This document shows positions 26,332 to 36,313 of a DNA stretch of 64,000 nucleotides, piece by piece (position 1 is the stretch's first letter; every line of letters starts with the position of its first letter). The translations under genes and the position numbers were made by a program. The notes beneath the pieces are model-generated. The model was not told the origin of the DNA. It searched no databases and saw nothing but the letters and a program-made list of their open reading frames with translations. Source of the stretch: a virus (lineage: Duplodnaviria; Caudoviricetes); IMG/VR virus record IMGVR_UViG_3300026258_000271, positions 74,716-138,715 of that record. One strand, 5' to 3'.

Positions 26332-28437
26332 ATGGCAATAGATGATAAAGAAATAGAAAATCTGGAAAAACGGATTAGAGGCCTATCTTCGGAGATTACA
26401 AAAGAAGCAAGGGCCAAAAAAGCGTCCAGAGAACAAGAAGCGAGAATAGCCAGGGACAAAATAAGAGAAGCACGACAAGAGATTAATAATCTTAAAAAGA
26501 GCAACCCACTCAGAAAAAAATTAACAGACGAACTAGAAGATCAAATTGACAATTACGAGGACCTTAAGAAATCACAGGAAAAACTTGATGAGGTCACTAA
26601 AAAGGTAGGACAGTCATTTATTGGTTTAGGTAAGGCGGCATTCGAAGGATCAGGATCAATCAGTGCTTTCACAGACAATGTGAAAGGTCTAGGAATATTA
26701 GGCAATAGGCTAGATGTCAACATAGAAACATTCAGACAACTGTCACAGTCAGGTGCCAACTTTGGTAAGAGCATAGTGGATCTAAGAATGGCGGCCCACG
26801 ACGCCGCGTTGCCTTTGGATGATTTCGCAAAACTTGTTGCAGAAAATTCTCAGAATTTGGCGGCGATAGCAGGGTCATCTTCACAGGGTGCAAAATTCAT
26901 AGCACAGTTGGGTCAGCAGACCAGAGACTTGGGCGTCAAGCAATTGGCTCCACTGGGATTCACAGTTGATGAAATAAATGAAACACTATTGTTAAACCTA
27001 GACTCACAGAGAAGAACCGGAGTGCTAGATCGTTTGACCAGTGATCAACAAAGAGACAGTGCAATATCTTTCGCACTTGAACTTGATAGATTAGCAAAAC
27101 TGACAGGACAGCAAAGAGATGAATTGAGAGCCGCTATCGAAAATCAAAAGAGCAATGAAAGATTCCAAGCGGCATTGCAAGGACAAACAGAAGAGACTAG
27201 AAAAAGATTGCAAGGCTTTGCGGCGACAGTAGAGGGCATCTCTCCGGAATTAGCAACAGGCTTTCAGGACTTGATAGCCAATGCAGGTGTTCCGGTAACT
27301 GATGCCGCACTAGAAATTGCACAGAACGTGCCGCAGGCAGGTGCAGTAATCAAACAGTTGATTGCAGGCACTCTATCAAGTGAACAAGCACTTGTGAAAT
27401 TCAGAGATCTGTCAGCAAACAGTTTGGAAAGATTTAACAAAGTTGCTGTTACTGGACAGGTAGACTTCTTAAGACTTACAGGTGGTTTCATAGAACTAGG
27501 CAGACGAGTAAACGACCTTGGAGAGGTTGAGGCCGAACAAGAAAAACAAGCATCGAAACTAGTAGGAAGTCTAACAACATTCGAACAGGCAACTAAAGTG
27601 TTAGCAAGTCAATTCCAATCGATAGAGACAGGACTGTTACAGGCGTTTGGTCCGGCCTTGGGCACATTCTTTGATGGTGTGCAGGGAGCATTTGGCAAGG
27701 GCGGAAGCATCGCAACAGTGTTGGCAAAATCTCCAGGTGTGACGGCAGGTTTATTGTTGGCGGGTCTGGGTGGCAAATATCTACTGGACTTCGGACAACA
27801 GGTGGCGGCGATCACAGCAGGTACGTTTGCAGGATTCAAGATGGCTAACCCAACCGGTGGAGGTGCGGGCGGTTTCTTCGGCAAGGGTGGTGCAGGTAGA
27901 ACAGGATTAGGAATAGCAGGCAGAGGTGTTGGGATACTAGGAGGTGTGGGATTGGCCGCAGGCGGAGCCGCACAGGCAGGCACCGCAGAAACGGCCGGTG
28001 GCAAAGCAATGGGAGTGCTATCAAGCATGGCCGGTGGAGCAATGATCGGATCTATGATCCCAGGAGTTGGTACACTTATAGGTGGCGGACTAGGATTGGG
28101 TGCAGGTCTATTGGGACTTGCAATGAACAAGAACGGAAGACAATTTGGTGGAGGCATGGATGCTGGTAAAACTTACCTCACAGGTGAGGCAGGACCAGAA
28201 ATGATAACGGCAGGAACCAAATCAACTGTCACAGCCAACAACGATCTTAAAACCATATTTGATACACAGGCGCTGGAAAGTAAAATGAACACAATGGTAA
28301 CTGCCTTAAACAACACCAATCAAAGCCTGGCAAGTGTGGCAAACGGCGTAAATACGCTTGTTGCAGTGGAATCTAGGGCATTGAAAGCCGTTGAAACAAC
28401 AGCACGTAAAGACCGTAATCAAGTTGGCATAGTTTAG
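26332..28437 (+). CDS. Tail tape measure protein
   Basis: 701 aa, helical and Ala/Gln-rich, with a glycine-zipper hydrophobic region and C-terminal RQFGG...YLTGEAGPEMI motif. Confidence 0.75.
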   Translation: MAIDDKEIENLEKRIRGLSSEITKEARAKKASREQEARIARDKIREARQEINNLKKSNPLRKKLTDELEDQIDNYEDLKKSQEKLDEVTKKVGQSFIGLGKAAFEGSGSISAFTDNVKGLGILGNRLDVNIETFRQLSQSGANFGKSIVDLRMAAHDAALPLDDFAKLVAENSQNLAAIAGSSSQGAKFIAQLGQQTRDLGVKQLAPLGFTVDEINETLLLNLDSQRRTGVLDRLTSDQQRDSAISFALELDRLAKLTGQQRDELRAAIENQKSNERFQAALQGQTEETRKRLQGFAATVEGISPELATGFQDLIANAGVPVTDAALEIAQNVPQAGAVIKQLIAGTLSSEQALVKFRDLSANSLERFNKVAVTGQVDFLRLTGGFIELGRRVNDLGEVEAEQEKQASKLVGSLTTFEQATKVLASQFQSIETGLLQAFGPALGTFFDGVQGAFGKGGSIATVLAKSPGVTAGLLLAGLGGKYLLDFGQQVAAITAGTFAGFKMANPTGGGAGGFFGKGGAGRTGLGIAGRGVGILGGVGLAAGGAAQAGTAETAGGKAMGVLSSMAGGAMIGSMIPGVGTLIGGGLGLGAGLLGLAMNKNGRQFGGGMDAGKTYLTGEAGPEMITAGTKSTVTANNDLKTIFDTQALESKMNTMVTALNNTNQSLASVANGVNTLVAVESRALKAVETTARKDRNQVGIV

Positions 28438-28438
28438 G

Positions 28439-28467
28439 TTGCTGAAATGAGGAAAAGATTGTAAAAT
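28439..28467 (+). promoter_or_regulatory. sigma70-type promoter 5 nt upstream of the portal ATG
   Basis: TTGCTG, 17-nt spacer, TAAAAT, then AACAT-ATG. Confidence 0.45.
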
Positions 28468-28472
28468 AACAT

Positions 28473-30218
28473 ATGGCTTGGAAAAAATATTTTAAAGACG
28501 CTAACCTTTCTCCAATATCTGGAGAAAAAGTTCCTAACTTTGCGAAGAGAAATTACAGTTCTTATCTTCCAGATGTCTACACAGGACACCCAAACAGAAT
28601 ACAGAGATATTTCCAGTATGACCAAATGGATTCAGATTCAGAAATCAATGCGGCACTGGATATACTTGCAGAATTTTCAACACAGAAAAACACAGAGAAC
28701 GAAACTCCGTTTGATCTTGTGTTCAAAGATGAGACAACAGAACATGAAGTGAAACTTCTAAAGAAAGCACTTCAACAATGGACAGCATCAAACAAATTTA
28801 ACAAAAGAATTTTTAGAATATTCAGGAACGCACTGAAATATGGTGACTGTTTCTTTGTAAGAGATCCAGAAACACACAAATGGTTATACATAGACAATGC
28901 AAAAGTTGATAGAATTGTTGTCAACGAATCCGAAGGCAAGAAGCCTGAACAATATGTGATAAGAGATATCAACCCAAACCTACAAAGATTGAGTGCTACA
29001 CAGATTACACCGAACCAAACTTACGGTGGCGGCGGAACAACAGGTGGTGGCACAGCGGCATACGGTCAAAGTTATGCCAATGCAGGGGCAACTGCCAACA
29101 TGTCAGGATTTGCTGGTGCAAACGCAGGCGGCAGATTCTACAAAACAATGAATGCCTACAACATAAATGCAGAACACGTGATTCATATGTCAATGTCTGA
29201 TGGTTTAGACAACCTATTTCCATTTGGCCAGTCTGTTTTAGAACAAGTTTTCAAAGTTTACAAACAAAAAGAATTATTAGAAGATGCAATAATCATTTAC
29301 AGGGTCCAAAGAGCACCTGAAAGAAGAGTGTTCTATATTGATGTAGGTAACATGCCAACACACTTGGCTATGCAATTCGTTGAGAGAGTCAAAAACGAAA
29401 TAAATCAAAGAAGAATTCCAAGTGCATCAGGTGGTGCAAACTTCATAGACGCCACATACAACCCAATGTCAATTAACGAAGATTACTTCTTCCCACAGAC
29501 AGCAGAAGGAAGAGGATCTAAAGTTGATACACTACCGGGCGGTACTAACCTAGGCGAGATAGATGATTTAAGATTTTTCACTAATAAACTGTTCAGAGGT
29601 TTGAGAATTCCTAGTTCTTACTTGCCAACTGGTGCAGAAGACGGACAGCAACAGTACAATGATGGTAGAGTAGGCACTGCATACATCCAAGAATTGAGAT
29701 TCAACAAGTATTGTGCAAGATTACAAAGCATGTTGGCTTCAACTTTCGACGAAGAGTTCAAATTATGGATCAAAGGAAAAGGTTATAACATAGACAACAG
29801 CATGTTTGAAATAAAATTGAACCCACCACAAAACTTTGCACAGTACAGACAGACAGAAATGGACCAAGCAAGGGTAAACACGTTCACAGCAGTTGCAGAA
29901 CTGCCTTACATGAGTAAAAGATTTGCTCTAAAAAGATATCTAGGTTTAAGTGAAGAAGAAATGGCAAGAAACGCTGAATTATGGGCAGAAGAAAACAATG
30001 TGCCTCAGAAGAAACAAACAAAATCCAACCAGTTGCGTAGTGCAGGCGTTACACAATCAGGTATTTCGAGTGACTTAGATCAATTTGAAGAGCCAACAGC
30101 AGACGCAGAAGCACCAGAACCAGGACAACCACAACCAGGACAGCCAGGAACAACACCAGGTGGACAAGGTGGAGGCGGTGGAACACCCGGCGGTACAGGT
30201 GGCGGAGGCCAAGTTTAA
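28473..30218 (+). CDS. gp20: Portal vertex protein
   Basis: LLEDAIIIYRVQRAPERRVFYIDVGNMP, EDYFFP and TLPGGTNLGEIDD are gp20 signatures. Confidence 0.95.
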   Translation: MAWKKYFKDANLSPISGEKVPNFAKRNYSSYLPDVYTGHPNRIQRYFQYDQMDSDSEINAALDILAEFSTQKNTENETPFDLVFKDETTEHEVKLLKKALQQWTASNKFNKRIFRIFRNALKYGDCFFVRDPETHKWLYIDNAKVDRIVVNESEGKKPEQYVIRDINPNLQRLSATQITPNQTYGGGGTTGGGTAAYGQSYANAGATANMSGFAGANAGGRFYKTMNAYNINAEHVIHMSMSDGLDNLFPFGQSVLEQVFKVYKQKELLEDAIIIYRVQRAPERRVFYIDVGNMPTHLAMQFVERVKNEINQRRIPSASGGANFIDATYNPMSINEDYFFPQTAEGRGSKVDTLPGGTNLGEIDDLRFFTNKLFRGLRIPSSYLPTGAEDGQQQYNDGRVGTAYIQELRFNKYCARLQSMLASTFDEEFKLWIKGKGYNIDNSMFEIKLNPPQNFAQYRQTEMDQARVNTFTAVAELPYMSKRFALKRYLGLSEEEMARNAELWAEENNVPQKKQTKSNQLRSAGVTQSGISSDLDQFEEPTADAEAPEPGQPQPGQPGTTPGGQGGGGGTPGGTGGGGQV

Positions 30219-30232
30219 GGTTAAATACGATT

Positions 30233-30475
30233 ATGAAACTAATGGAATTCTTTACATACACAGCAGACGGGTTCGAGCAGGACAAAACCTATGAGCCTGA
30301 GCACGATATATCTGTTTTGGATTCCGAAGACACAAGAAAAACTAGACTATCTTTGAAAGATATCAACTCAATGAGACTTGCATCAGAGGCCCACGATGCT
30401 CAGCAAAAGGAAGAAGCAGTTTTTGTCCAAAAAATGTACGGACAACCTGCCACAGACGATAACTTAGAGTTATAA
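30233..30475 (+). CDS. Small head-associated hypothetical protein
   Basis: 80 aa directly after the portal, with DTRKTRLSL...QKMYG; TAAATA 5 nt upstream. Confidence 0.7.
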   Translation: MKLMEFFTYTADGFEQDKTYEPEHDISVLDSEDTRKTRLSLKDINSMRLASEAHDAQQKEEAVFVQKMYGQPATDDNLEL

Positions 30476-31092
30476 TGTCATCAATAGCGTTCGTATTAGG
30501 TAACGGTGAATCACGTAAGGGCATCGATATCGATGATCTTAAGAAGTTAGGCAAAGTTTATGCCTGTAACGGTGTCTACAGAACACATAGACCAGACTTT
30601 CTAATAGCGGTTGACCCAAAGATGTGTTTCGAAATAGCAGAAACTGACTACGCACAACATAATAAAGTGTGGTCAAACTTCAATGCCCAGTACAACAAAA
30701 ATCAAAAAATAATGGATCACTTCAACTGGTTCCGACCAAGCCTAGGGTGGTCAAGCGGCCCAACCGCACTTAGAATGGCCTGTGAACATGGTTTCAAGGA
30801 GATCTACATACTTGGATTCGACTATCGTGGGCACGGTGACAACAACAGGTTCAAGTTCAACAACATTTTCAAGGACACAAGGAACTACAAAAAGTCAAAG
30901 GACGAAGCAACGTTCTATGGCAACTGGATGAATCAGACAAAACGTTGCGTACAGGATTTTAAAGACGTCAAATTCCATAGAGTTATACCTGAAGGATGGT
31001 TCAAACCCAAAGACCTTGCGTGGGCAGGACAGATAGATCATCCAACTATCGAAGAATTCGTCACAAAATTTGGTTTGCAATTAAAAAAGTAA
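30475..31092 (+). CDS. DUF115/MptE- or glycosyltransferase-like Rossmann-fold protein
   Basis: VLGNGESR, YACN, DFLIAVD, SSGPTA and IYILGFD motifs resemble CstII/Maf/MptE-type folds. Confidence 0.5.
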   Translation: MSSIAFVLGNGESRKGIDIDDLKKLGKVYACNGVYRTHRPDFLIAVDPKMCFEIAETDYAQHNKVWSNFNAQYNKNQKIMDHFNWFRPSLGWSSGPTALRMACEHGFKEIYILGFDYRGHGDNNRFKFNNIFKDTRNYKKSKDEATFYGNWMNQTKRCVQDFKDVKFHRVIPEGWFKPKDLAWAGQIDHPTIEEFVTKFGLQLKK

Positions 31093-31199
31093 CAAAAATA
31101 CGTCTTTTTACGCCAATTATACCGCCGTTTTTAGGCCTTTACAGTAAATACAAACACTTATAAGTACAAATCGACAATAAAACAAGGAGCACGTGTAAA

Positions 31200-32174
31200 A
31201 TGTCAAACAATAAATTTGAGTCGTTATTAGAATTACTAATTAACGAAGAAAACGATAAAGCAGAGGCTTTATTTCACGAAATCGTAGTTGAAAAATCTAG
31301 AGACATCTACGAAAACCTAGCAGACGAAGAAGTAACTGCTGAGGCAAAAGAAGAATCAAAAGAAGACGCTAAAGAAGAAGTTAAAGAAACTGAAGCATCT
31401 GATGAGGCTAAAGTAGAAGAAACTGCTGAAGAAAAAGTAGAAGAAACTACAGAAGAAGCAAAAGATGAGAAAGTTGAAGAAACTTCTGAGGAGTCTAAAG
31501 ACGAGCAAGTCGACGAAGTTGTAGAAATCGAAGACGAAGCAAAAGAGTCTGAAACAACTGAAGAAGAATCAATCGAAGAAGTAGGCGGTGACGCAACTGA
31601 CGAATTGGTTAAAGACATCTCTTCTGAAGAAGAAGGCGAAATGGATGCAGACAAAGGCGAAGAAATGCCAGCAGACATGGACGCTGACAAAGGCGAAGAA
31701 GACATGGAAGACAGAGTTGTTGACTTAGAAGACGCTTTAGACGAATTAAAAGCAGAATTCGAAGCAATGATGGGCAAAAAAGACGGTGAAGAAGAGAAAG
31801 AAGAAGAATCTTTAGCACCTGAAGTTGCACCAGAGTTAACTCCAGAAGTTGAAATGGAAGGCAAAAAAGACATGGATAAGAAAGAGAAGATGAAAGAGTA
31901 CAAAAATCCTGTCAAAGCGGACACAGCCGACCATGCAGATAGCAAAAAATCACCAGTAAATGATGCAGGTACAAAAATGGGCCATGGCGGTGCTAACATT
32001 GCCAAAGGCGGAGCAGACGAAAAAGGAAGACCGGCTCCAACTGCACAGAAAATGAGTGATTTCGAGAACACAGGCGGAAAAGCAAAATCTACTTCATACA
32101 AGAAGCAAGAGAAGGCAAATACTGCTGACGGTTCAGACAAATCTGCTAAATCACCAGTTAATTCTCAGAAATAA
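31200..32174 (+). CDS. Acidic prohead core/scaffold protein
   Basis: Glu-rich low-complexity 324-aa protein between portal and protease; strong SD AAGGAG; TAAATA at 31145. Confidence 0.65.
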   Translation: MSNNKFESLLELLINEENDKAEALFHEIVVEKSRDIYENLADEEVTAEAKEESKEDAKEEVKETEASDEAKVEETAEEKVEETTEEAKDEKVEETSEESKDEQVDEVVEIEDEAKESETTEEESIEEVGGDATDELVKDISSEEEGEMDADKGEEMPADMDADKGEEDMEDRVVDLEDALDELKAEFEAMMGKKDGEEEKEEESLAPEVAPELTPEVEMEGKKDMDKKEKMKEYKNPVKADTADHADSKKSPVNDAGTKMGHGGANIAKGGADEKGRPAPTAQKMSDFENTGGKAKSTSYKKQEKANTADGSDKSAKSPVNSQK

Positions 32175-32197
32175 TTGTTGATTAAAGGAGGTCATCG

Positions 32198-32830
32198 ATG
32201 GCATCACTATACCTAAGAGAGAATCTAACATTCGATCAGGCCAGAGTGCAGATCTTACACGAGGGAAAAGACGGTAAGGATTTGTACATGAAGGGCATCT
32301 GCATTCAAGGTGGGATCAAGAATGCTAATCAGAGAGTTTACCCAGTGTCAGAAATCGCAAAAGCGACAAAAACACTAAACGATCAGATTAGTTCTGGATA
32401 CTCTGTGTTAGGTGAAGTAGATCACCCAGATGATTTAAAAATTAATTTGGACCGTGTGTCTCACATGATTACAGAAATGTGGATGGACGGACCAAATGGA
32501 TACGGTAAGATGAAAATCCTACCAACACCGATGGGCAAACTTGTCGAAACTATGTTGCAATCGGGTGTGAAACTAGGCGTTTCAAGTAGAGGTTCTGGAA
32601 ACATGAACGAATACGGAAGCGGTGAAGTTTCAGACTTCGAGATCATCACAGTCGATGTTGTTGCCCAACCTTCGGCACCGGGTGCTTATCCTACGCCAAT
32701 TTACGAACACCTAATGAATACAAAGGGTGGTAACATGGCAAAAGGACTGGCGGCTGAAGTTAGAAATGACCCAAAAGCACAAAAGTTCCTCAAAGAGGCA
32801 CTAACAAACATAATAAAGGACCTGAAATAA
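32198..32830 (+). CDS. gp21: Prohead protease
   Basis: NANQRVYP, LGEVDHP, LGVSSRGSG and DVVAQPSAP motifs. Confidence 0.93.
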   Translation: MASLYLRENLTFDQARVQILHEGKDGKDLYMKGICIQGGIKNANQRVYPVSEIAKATKTLNDQISSGYSVLGEVDHPDDLKINLDRVSHMITEMWMDGPNGYGKMKILPTPMGKLVETMLQSGVKLGVSSRGSGNMNEYGSGEVSDFEIITVDVVAQPSAPGAYPTPIYEHLMNTKGGNMAKGLAAEVRNDPKAQKFLKEALTNIIKDLK

Positions 32831-32831
32831 C

Positions 32832-33896
32832 ATGATAGACGCAATATCAAAATTAGTAGAGTCTGGAGCAATCTCGGAAGATGTGCAAAAAGGCATCCAA
32901 GAGGCTTGGGATTCGAAAATTAAAGAAAACAAAGAAATTGTAGGCGCTGAGTTAAGAGAAGAGTTTGCTAAAAGATACGAACACGACAAAGCAAACATGA
33001 TCGAGGCTATCGACAAAATGATGACTGAGAAATTATCTGAGGAAATCACTAAATTTGTCGAGGACAGAAAAGCACTTGCACAAGAAAAAATCGCTTACAA
33101 AGAAAACGTAGGCAAACACTCTGCAAAATTAGAAAGTTTTATCCTTTCTAAATTGAATGAGGAGTTAAAAGAGTTACACACTGACCGAAAAGGTGTTCAT
33201 GAAAACTTTAAGAAAATGGAAGAGTTCGTAGTTAACGCTCTTGCAAAAGAAATTAAAGAGTTCCATGAAGACAAAAAAGGTGTTGTGGAAACGAAAGTCA
33301 AACTAGTAGCCGAAGCCAAAAAACAAATGGCTAAGATGAAAGAGGCTTTCATAACAAGATCTGCTAAAGTTGTAGAATCTGCTGTTAACAAAAAACTTGC
33401 TGAAGAGTTAAAAGCTCTTAAGGAAGACATCACAGCGGCTAGAGAAGTCAACTTTGGCAAGAAAATATTCGAGGCGTTCGCTTCAGAGTATCAGAATTCT
33501 TACTTAAATGAGAAATCTGAGTCCGCGAAGTTAATGAAAGTTGTGGATGAAACTACAATGAAGTTAAAAAACGCTGAGAAGGCTATCGAAGAGAAACAAG
33601 CGGTGATTGAGTCGAAGGAAGCCGAGTCCAAAAGACAGGCAGACTTGATGGAACGTAAGGAAAAGATGGCCGAGATGCTCAAACCATTGGGCAAAGAAAA
33701 GAGTGAAGTAATGAGTCAGTTGTTAGAATCAGTTCAAACAGCGAAACTTCAAAGTTCATTCGACAAGTATCTACCACACGTGATGGCTGATAAACCAGTT
33801 GAGACAGGAAAACAAGTTATTTCTGAATCAAGTGGTGACAGAGCACAAAGGGAAGATGCTGACTTAACAAATATCCGTAAATTAGCGGGTATATAA
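32832..33896 (+). CDS. gp22: Major prohead scaffolding protein
   Basis: Coiled-coil protein between protease and major capsid protein, with KIFEAF motif. Confidence 0.8.
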   Translation: MIDAISKLVESGAISEDVQKGIQEAWDSKIKENKEIVGAELREEFAKRYEHDKANMIEAIDKMMTEKLSEEITKFVEDRKALAQEKIAYKENVGKHSAKLESFILSKLNEELKELHTDRKGVHENFKKMEEFVVNALAKEIKEFHEDKKGVVETKVKLVAEAKKQMAKMKEAFITRSAKVVESAVNKKLAEELKALKEDITAAREVNFGKKIFEAFASEYQNSYLNEKSESAKLMKVVDETTMKLKNAEKAIEEKQAVIESKEAESKRQADLMERKEKMAEMLKPLGKEKSEVMSQLLESVQTAKLQSSFDKYLPHVMADKPVETGKQVISESSGDRAQREDADLTNIRKLAGI

Positions 33897-33922
33897 CAAC
33901 TAAACAAGGGGAAAAGATACAA

Positions 33923-35095
33923 ATGTCAGATATATTTGAATCAAAATGGGGCGAAACTAAAGCGGCCCTAACCGAAGGTTTAGCGGGTAACAAGAAAAAA
34001 ACTATGGATGTCGTGTTAGAAAACACGAAAAGATACTTGGCAGAACAATCAACTGCTGGTGCCACATCTGCAGGTAACGTTGCTACGTTAAACAGGGTTA
34101 TCCTTCCAGTAATACGTAGGGTTATGCCTACTGTTATAGCGAACGAGATCGTTGGTGTACAACCAATGACTGGTCCGGTTGGACAGATCCACACTTTAAG
34201 AATAAGATATGCAGACACAGTTGCGTCAAACACGACAGCAGGTGAAGAAGCATTATCTCCATTCAAAATCGCGAAAGCATATTCTGGTAACCAGAACAAT
34301 TCTACTCCAAAAGCGGCATCAACTGCCTCTTTAGAGGGAACTGGTGGTAAGAGATTATCAATCCAGATCTTGAAACAACCGGTTGAAGCGAAGTCTAGAA
34401 AATTAAGTGCTAGATGGACGTTTGAAGCGGCTCAAGATGCTCAGGCACAACAAGGTATCGATGTAGAAGCAGAAATCATGGCGGCATTAGCTCAAGAGAT
34501 TACTGCTGAGATCGACCAAGAGATCATTGGATCATTAAGAACATTGGCGGGTTCCGCTTCTGAGACTTTTGACCAAGCGGCTGTGTCAGGTACTGCAACA
34601 TTCGTTGGTGATGAACACGCGGCATTGGCTGTGTTAATCAACAGAGTTGCTAACCAAATCGCAACAAGAACAAGAAGAGGCGCTGGAAACTACGCAGTAG
34701 TTTCTCCAACTGCTTTAACTGTTCTTCAATCAGCAACAACTTCAGCATTTGCTAGATCAACTGAAGGTACTTTTGAAGCACCAACAAATACTAAATTCGT
34801 TGGAACTTTAAACGGTGCTATGAGAGTATACGTTGACGCTTACGCGGCAGACGGTACATCAGTACTAGTTGGTTACAAAGGTGCAAGTGAGGCAGACGCT
34901 CCAGCGTTCTATTGTCCTTACATTCCTTTAATGTCTTCAGGTGTTGTATTAGATCCGGCTACATTCGAACCAGTAGTAGGCTTCTTAACAAGATACGGTT
35001 ATGTAGAGTTAACAAACACTGCATCATCACTTGGTAACGCGGCTGACTACGTTGGATTAGTAGCGGTAACATCTGGTAACTTAAAATTCAAATAA
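33923..35095 (+). CDS. gp23: Major capsid protein
   Basis: IVGVQPMTGPVGQI, SRKLSARWTFEAAQD, EITAEIDQEI, FYCPYIPL and FLTRYG motifs. Confidence 0.97.
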   Translation: MSDIFESKWGETKAALTEGLAGNKKKTMDVVLENTKRYLAEQSTAGATSAGNVATLNRVILPVIRRVMPTVIANEIVGVQPMTGPVGQIHTLRIRYADTVASNTTAGEEALSPFKIAKAYSGNQNNSTPKAASTASLEGTGGKRLSIQILKQPVEAKSRKLSARWTFEAAQDAQAQQGIDVEAEIMAALAQEITAEIDQEIIGSLRTLAGSASETFDQAAVSGTATFVGDEHAALAVLINRVANQIATRTRRGAGNYAVVSPTALTVLQSATTSAFARSTEGTFEAPTNTKFVGTLNGAMRVYVDAYAADGTSVLVGYKGASEADAPAFYCPYIPLMSSGVVLDPATFEPVVGFLTRYGYVELTNTASSLGNAADYVGLVAVTSGNLKFK

Positions 35096-35120
35096 GCCAA
35101 GGCTTATTTTATTTTCAAAG

Positions 35121-35147
35121 AAAGGCGGCTTTATGTCGCCTTTTTTT
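35121..35147 (+). terminator. Intrinsic terminator after the major capsid gene
   Basis: AAAGGCGGC-tttat-GTCGCCTTT plus T-run. A second inverted repeat, AAATAAGCC-aa-GGCTTATTT (35090-35109), spans the capsid stop codon. Confidence 0.85.
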
Positions 35148-35177
35148 GTGACGGTGGTGCAACAATTTAAATACTTT

Positions 35178-35753
35178 ATGCACTATTGCTTCCATCACAT
35201 ACCAAAGACAGGCGGTAGCACTCTGAAATTACGCCTAGAAGACAGAGCAAACAAAGGACAGATTAGCAAACTCGACTATGCTGTCGGACATAACACCACT
35301 TTTAGAACACCGGGCTCACATTTTGTTTGGTTGAGAGACCCGTTGGACAGAGACATATCACAGTTCAACTATGACATGGACAAAGGAGAAGCACAGGCCA
35401 GCACATTTGAAGAAAGTTGTAGACAACTTGCAGGAAATTTCATGACTCTTTGGCTCTACAAAAACTATTTGCTGTTAGATCCTGATGCAGAAATTGAAAC
35501 CAAGTACAACACTGTCAGAAATGCGTTGAGAAATAATTTTAGAAAAGTTTTTACAAGCAAAAATTTTGAAACTAGTTGGAATGAAGTGGCAGAAATTTTG
35601 AACTTGGACAAAGAACCAAGGATGAATACCAATCGAAGCAATCAAGATTATAAAAAATATGTGTCGAGAGAAAACATTAATGAAGAATTTATCTCGTGGC
35701 ATAAAACCTATAACCAATATGATTTTAAACTCTACAACGAGTTTTGTGCGTAG
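35178..35753 (+). CDS. Sulfotransferase-like protein
   Basis: 5'-PSB motif HHIPKTGGSTL and 3'-PB motif LRDPLDRDIS. The likely start is the ATG at 35178, 4 nt after TAAATA; the track start at 35133 lies inside the terminator. Confidence 0.7.
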   Translation: MHYCFHHIPKTGGSTLKLRLEDRANKGQISKLDYAVGHNTTFRTPGSHFVWLRDPLDRDISQFNYDMDKGEAQASTFEESCRQLAGNFMTLWLYKNYLLLDPDAEIETKYNTVRNALRNNFRKVFTSKNFETSWNEVAEILNLDKEPRMNTNRSNQDYKKYVSRENINEEFISWHKTYNQYDFKLYNEFCA

Positions 35754-35875
35754 ATAAAAAAAATATTTCACCTTCATACCTGACGCAGACCAAATAAGGT
35801 AGTTTTACTTTTAAGCAGTGCTTCTAAATAATTCTGAGTTTCATTAGAAACTTACAACATCAAGGGAGGTCCAAT

Positions 35876-36109
35876 ATGGATATCATGATGAAAGTAAAAG
35901 GATGGGCGAAAGCAATCGCTGATGTCGGTGTATCATTCATCGCGTTAGGAATTGTTTTAGAAATTCTTTTCAACGGTCAAGGTATTCCGTTCTGGCCAAA
36001 CGTTTCAGTAATCGGAAACGTCCAGGGCGTACTGCAAGGATTCTCAGATCAAGGTTTGATCGGATTAGTTGCAGTTTGGATTTTATATCATATCTACAAC
36101 AGAAAATAA
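35876..36109 (+). CDS. Small membrane protein (77 aa)
   Basis: Two hydrophobic segments; strong SD GGAGG; TAAATA at 35825; own terminator. Confidence 0.75.
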   Translation: MDIMMKVKGWAKAIADVGVSFIALGIVLEILFNGQGIPFWPNVSVIGNVQGVLQGFSDQGLIGLVAVWILYHIYNRK

Positions 36110-36138
36110 TATAAAAATCTAGAAATACGTTAACCTCG

Positions 36139-36176
36139 AGAGTGGTGTGAGCCATTTTGTTTACACCACTCTTTTT
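36139..36176 (+). terminator. Intrinsic terminator
   Basis: AGAGTGGTGTGAGC-catttt-GTTTACACCACTCT plus T-run. Confidence 0.85.
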
Positions 36177-36216
36177 CTACACATTTAATAACTCACAAAA
36201 TTTGGTAAATACTATC

Positions 36217-36306
36217 AGTTCAAACGTGCTTTCACATACAGTGAAAGACTTATGCGGATAACAACCGCGTAGCCAGGAGAACTGGCATTGGACTCCTATA
36301 AAGGAG
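36217..36306 (+). promoter_or_regulatory. Structured 5' leader (four-way junction plus anti-SD hairpin)
   Basis: A 7-bp closing stem encloses three hairpins and begins 6 nt after TAAATA (36206-36211); details are in the findings. Confidence 0.55.
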
Positions 36307-36313
36307 AAAACAA

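Noticed and set aside
31320-31900. GAA-rich quasi-repeats
   Set aside because: Explained by the Glu-rich low-complexity core protein.
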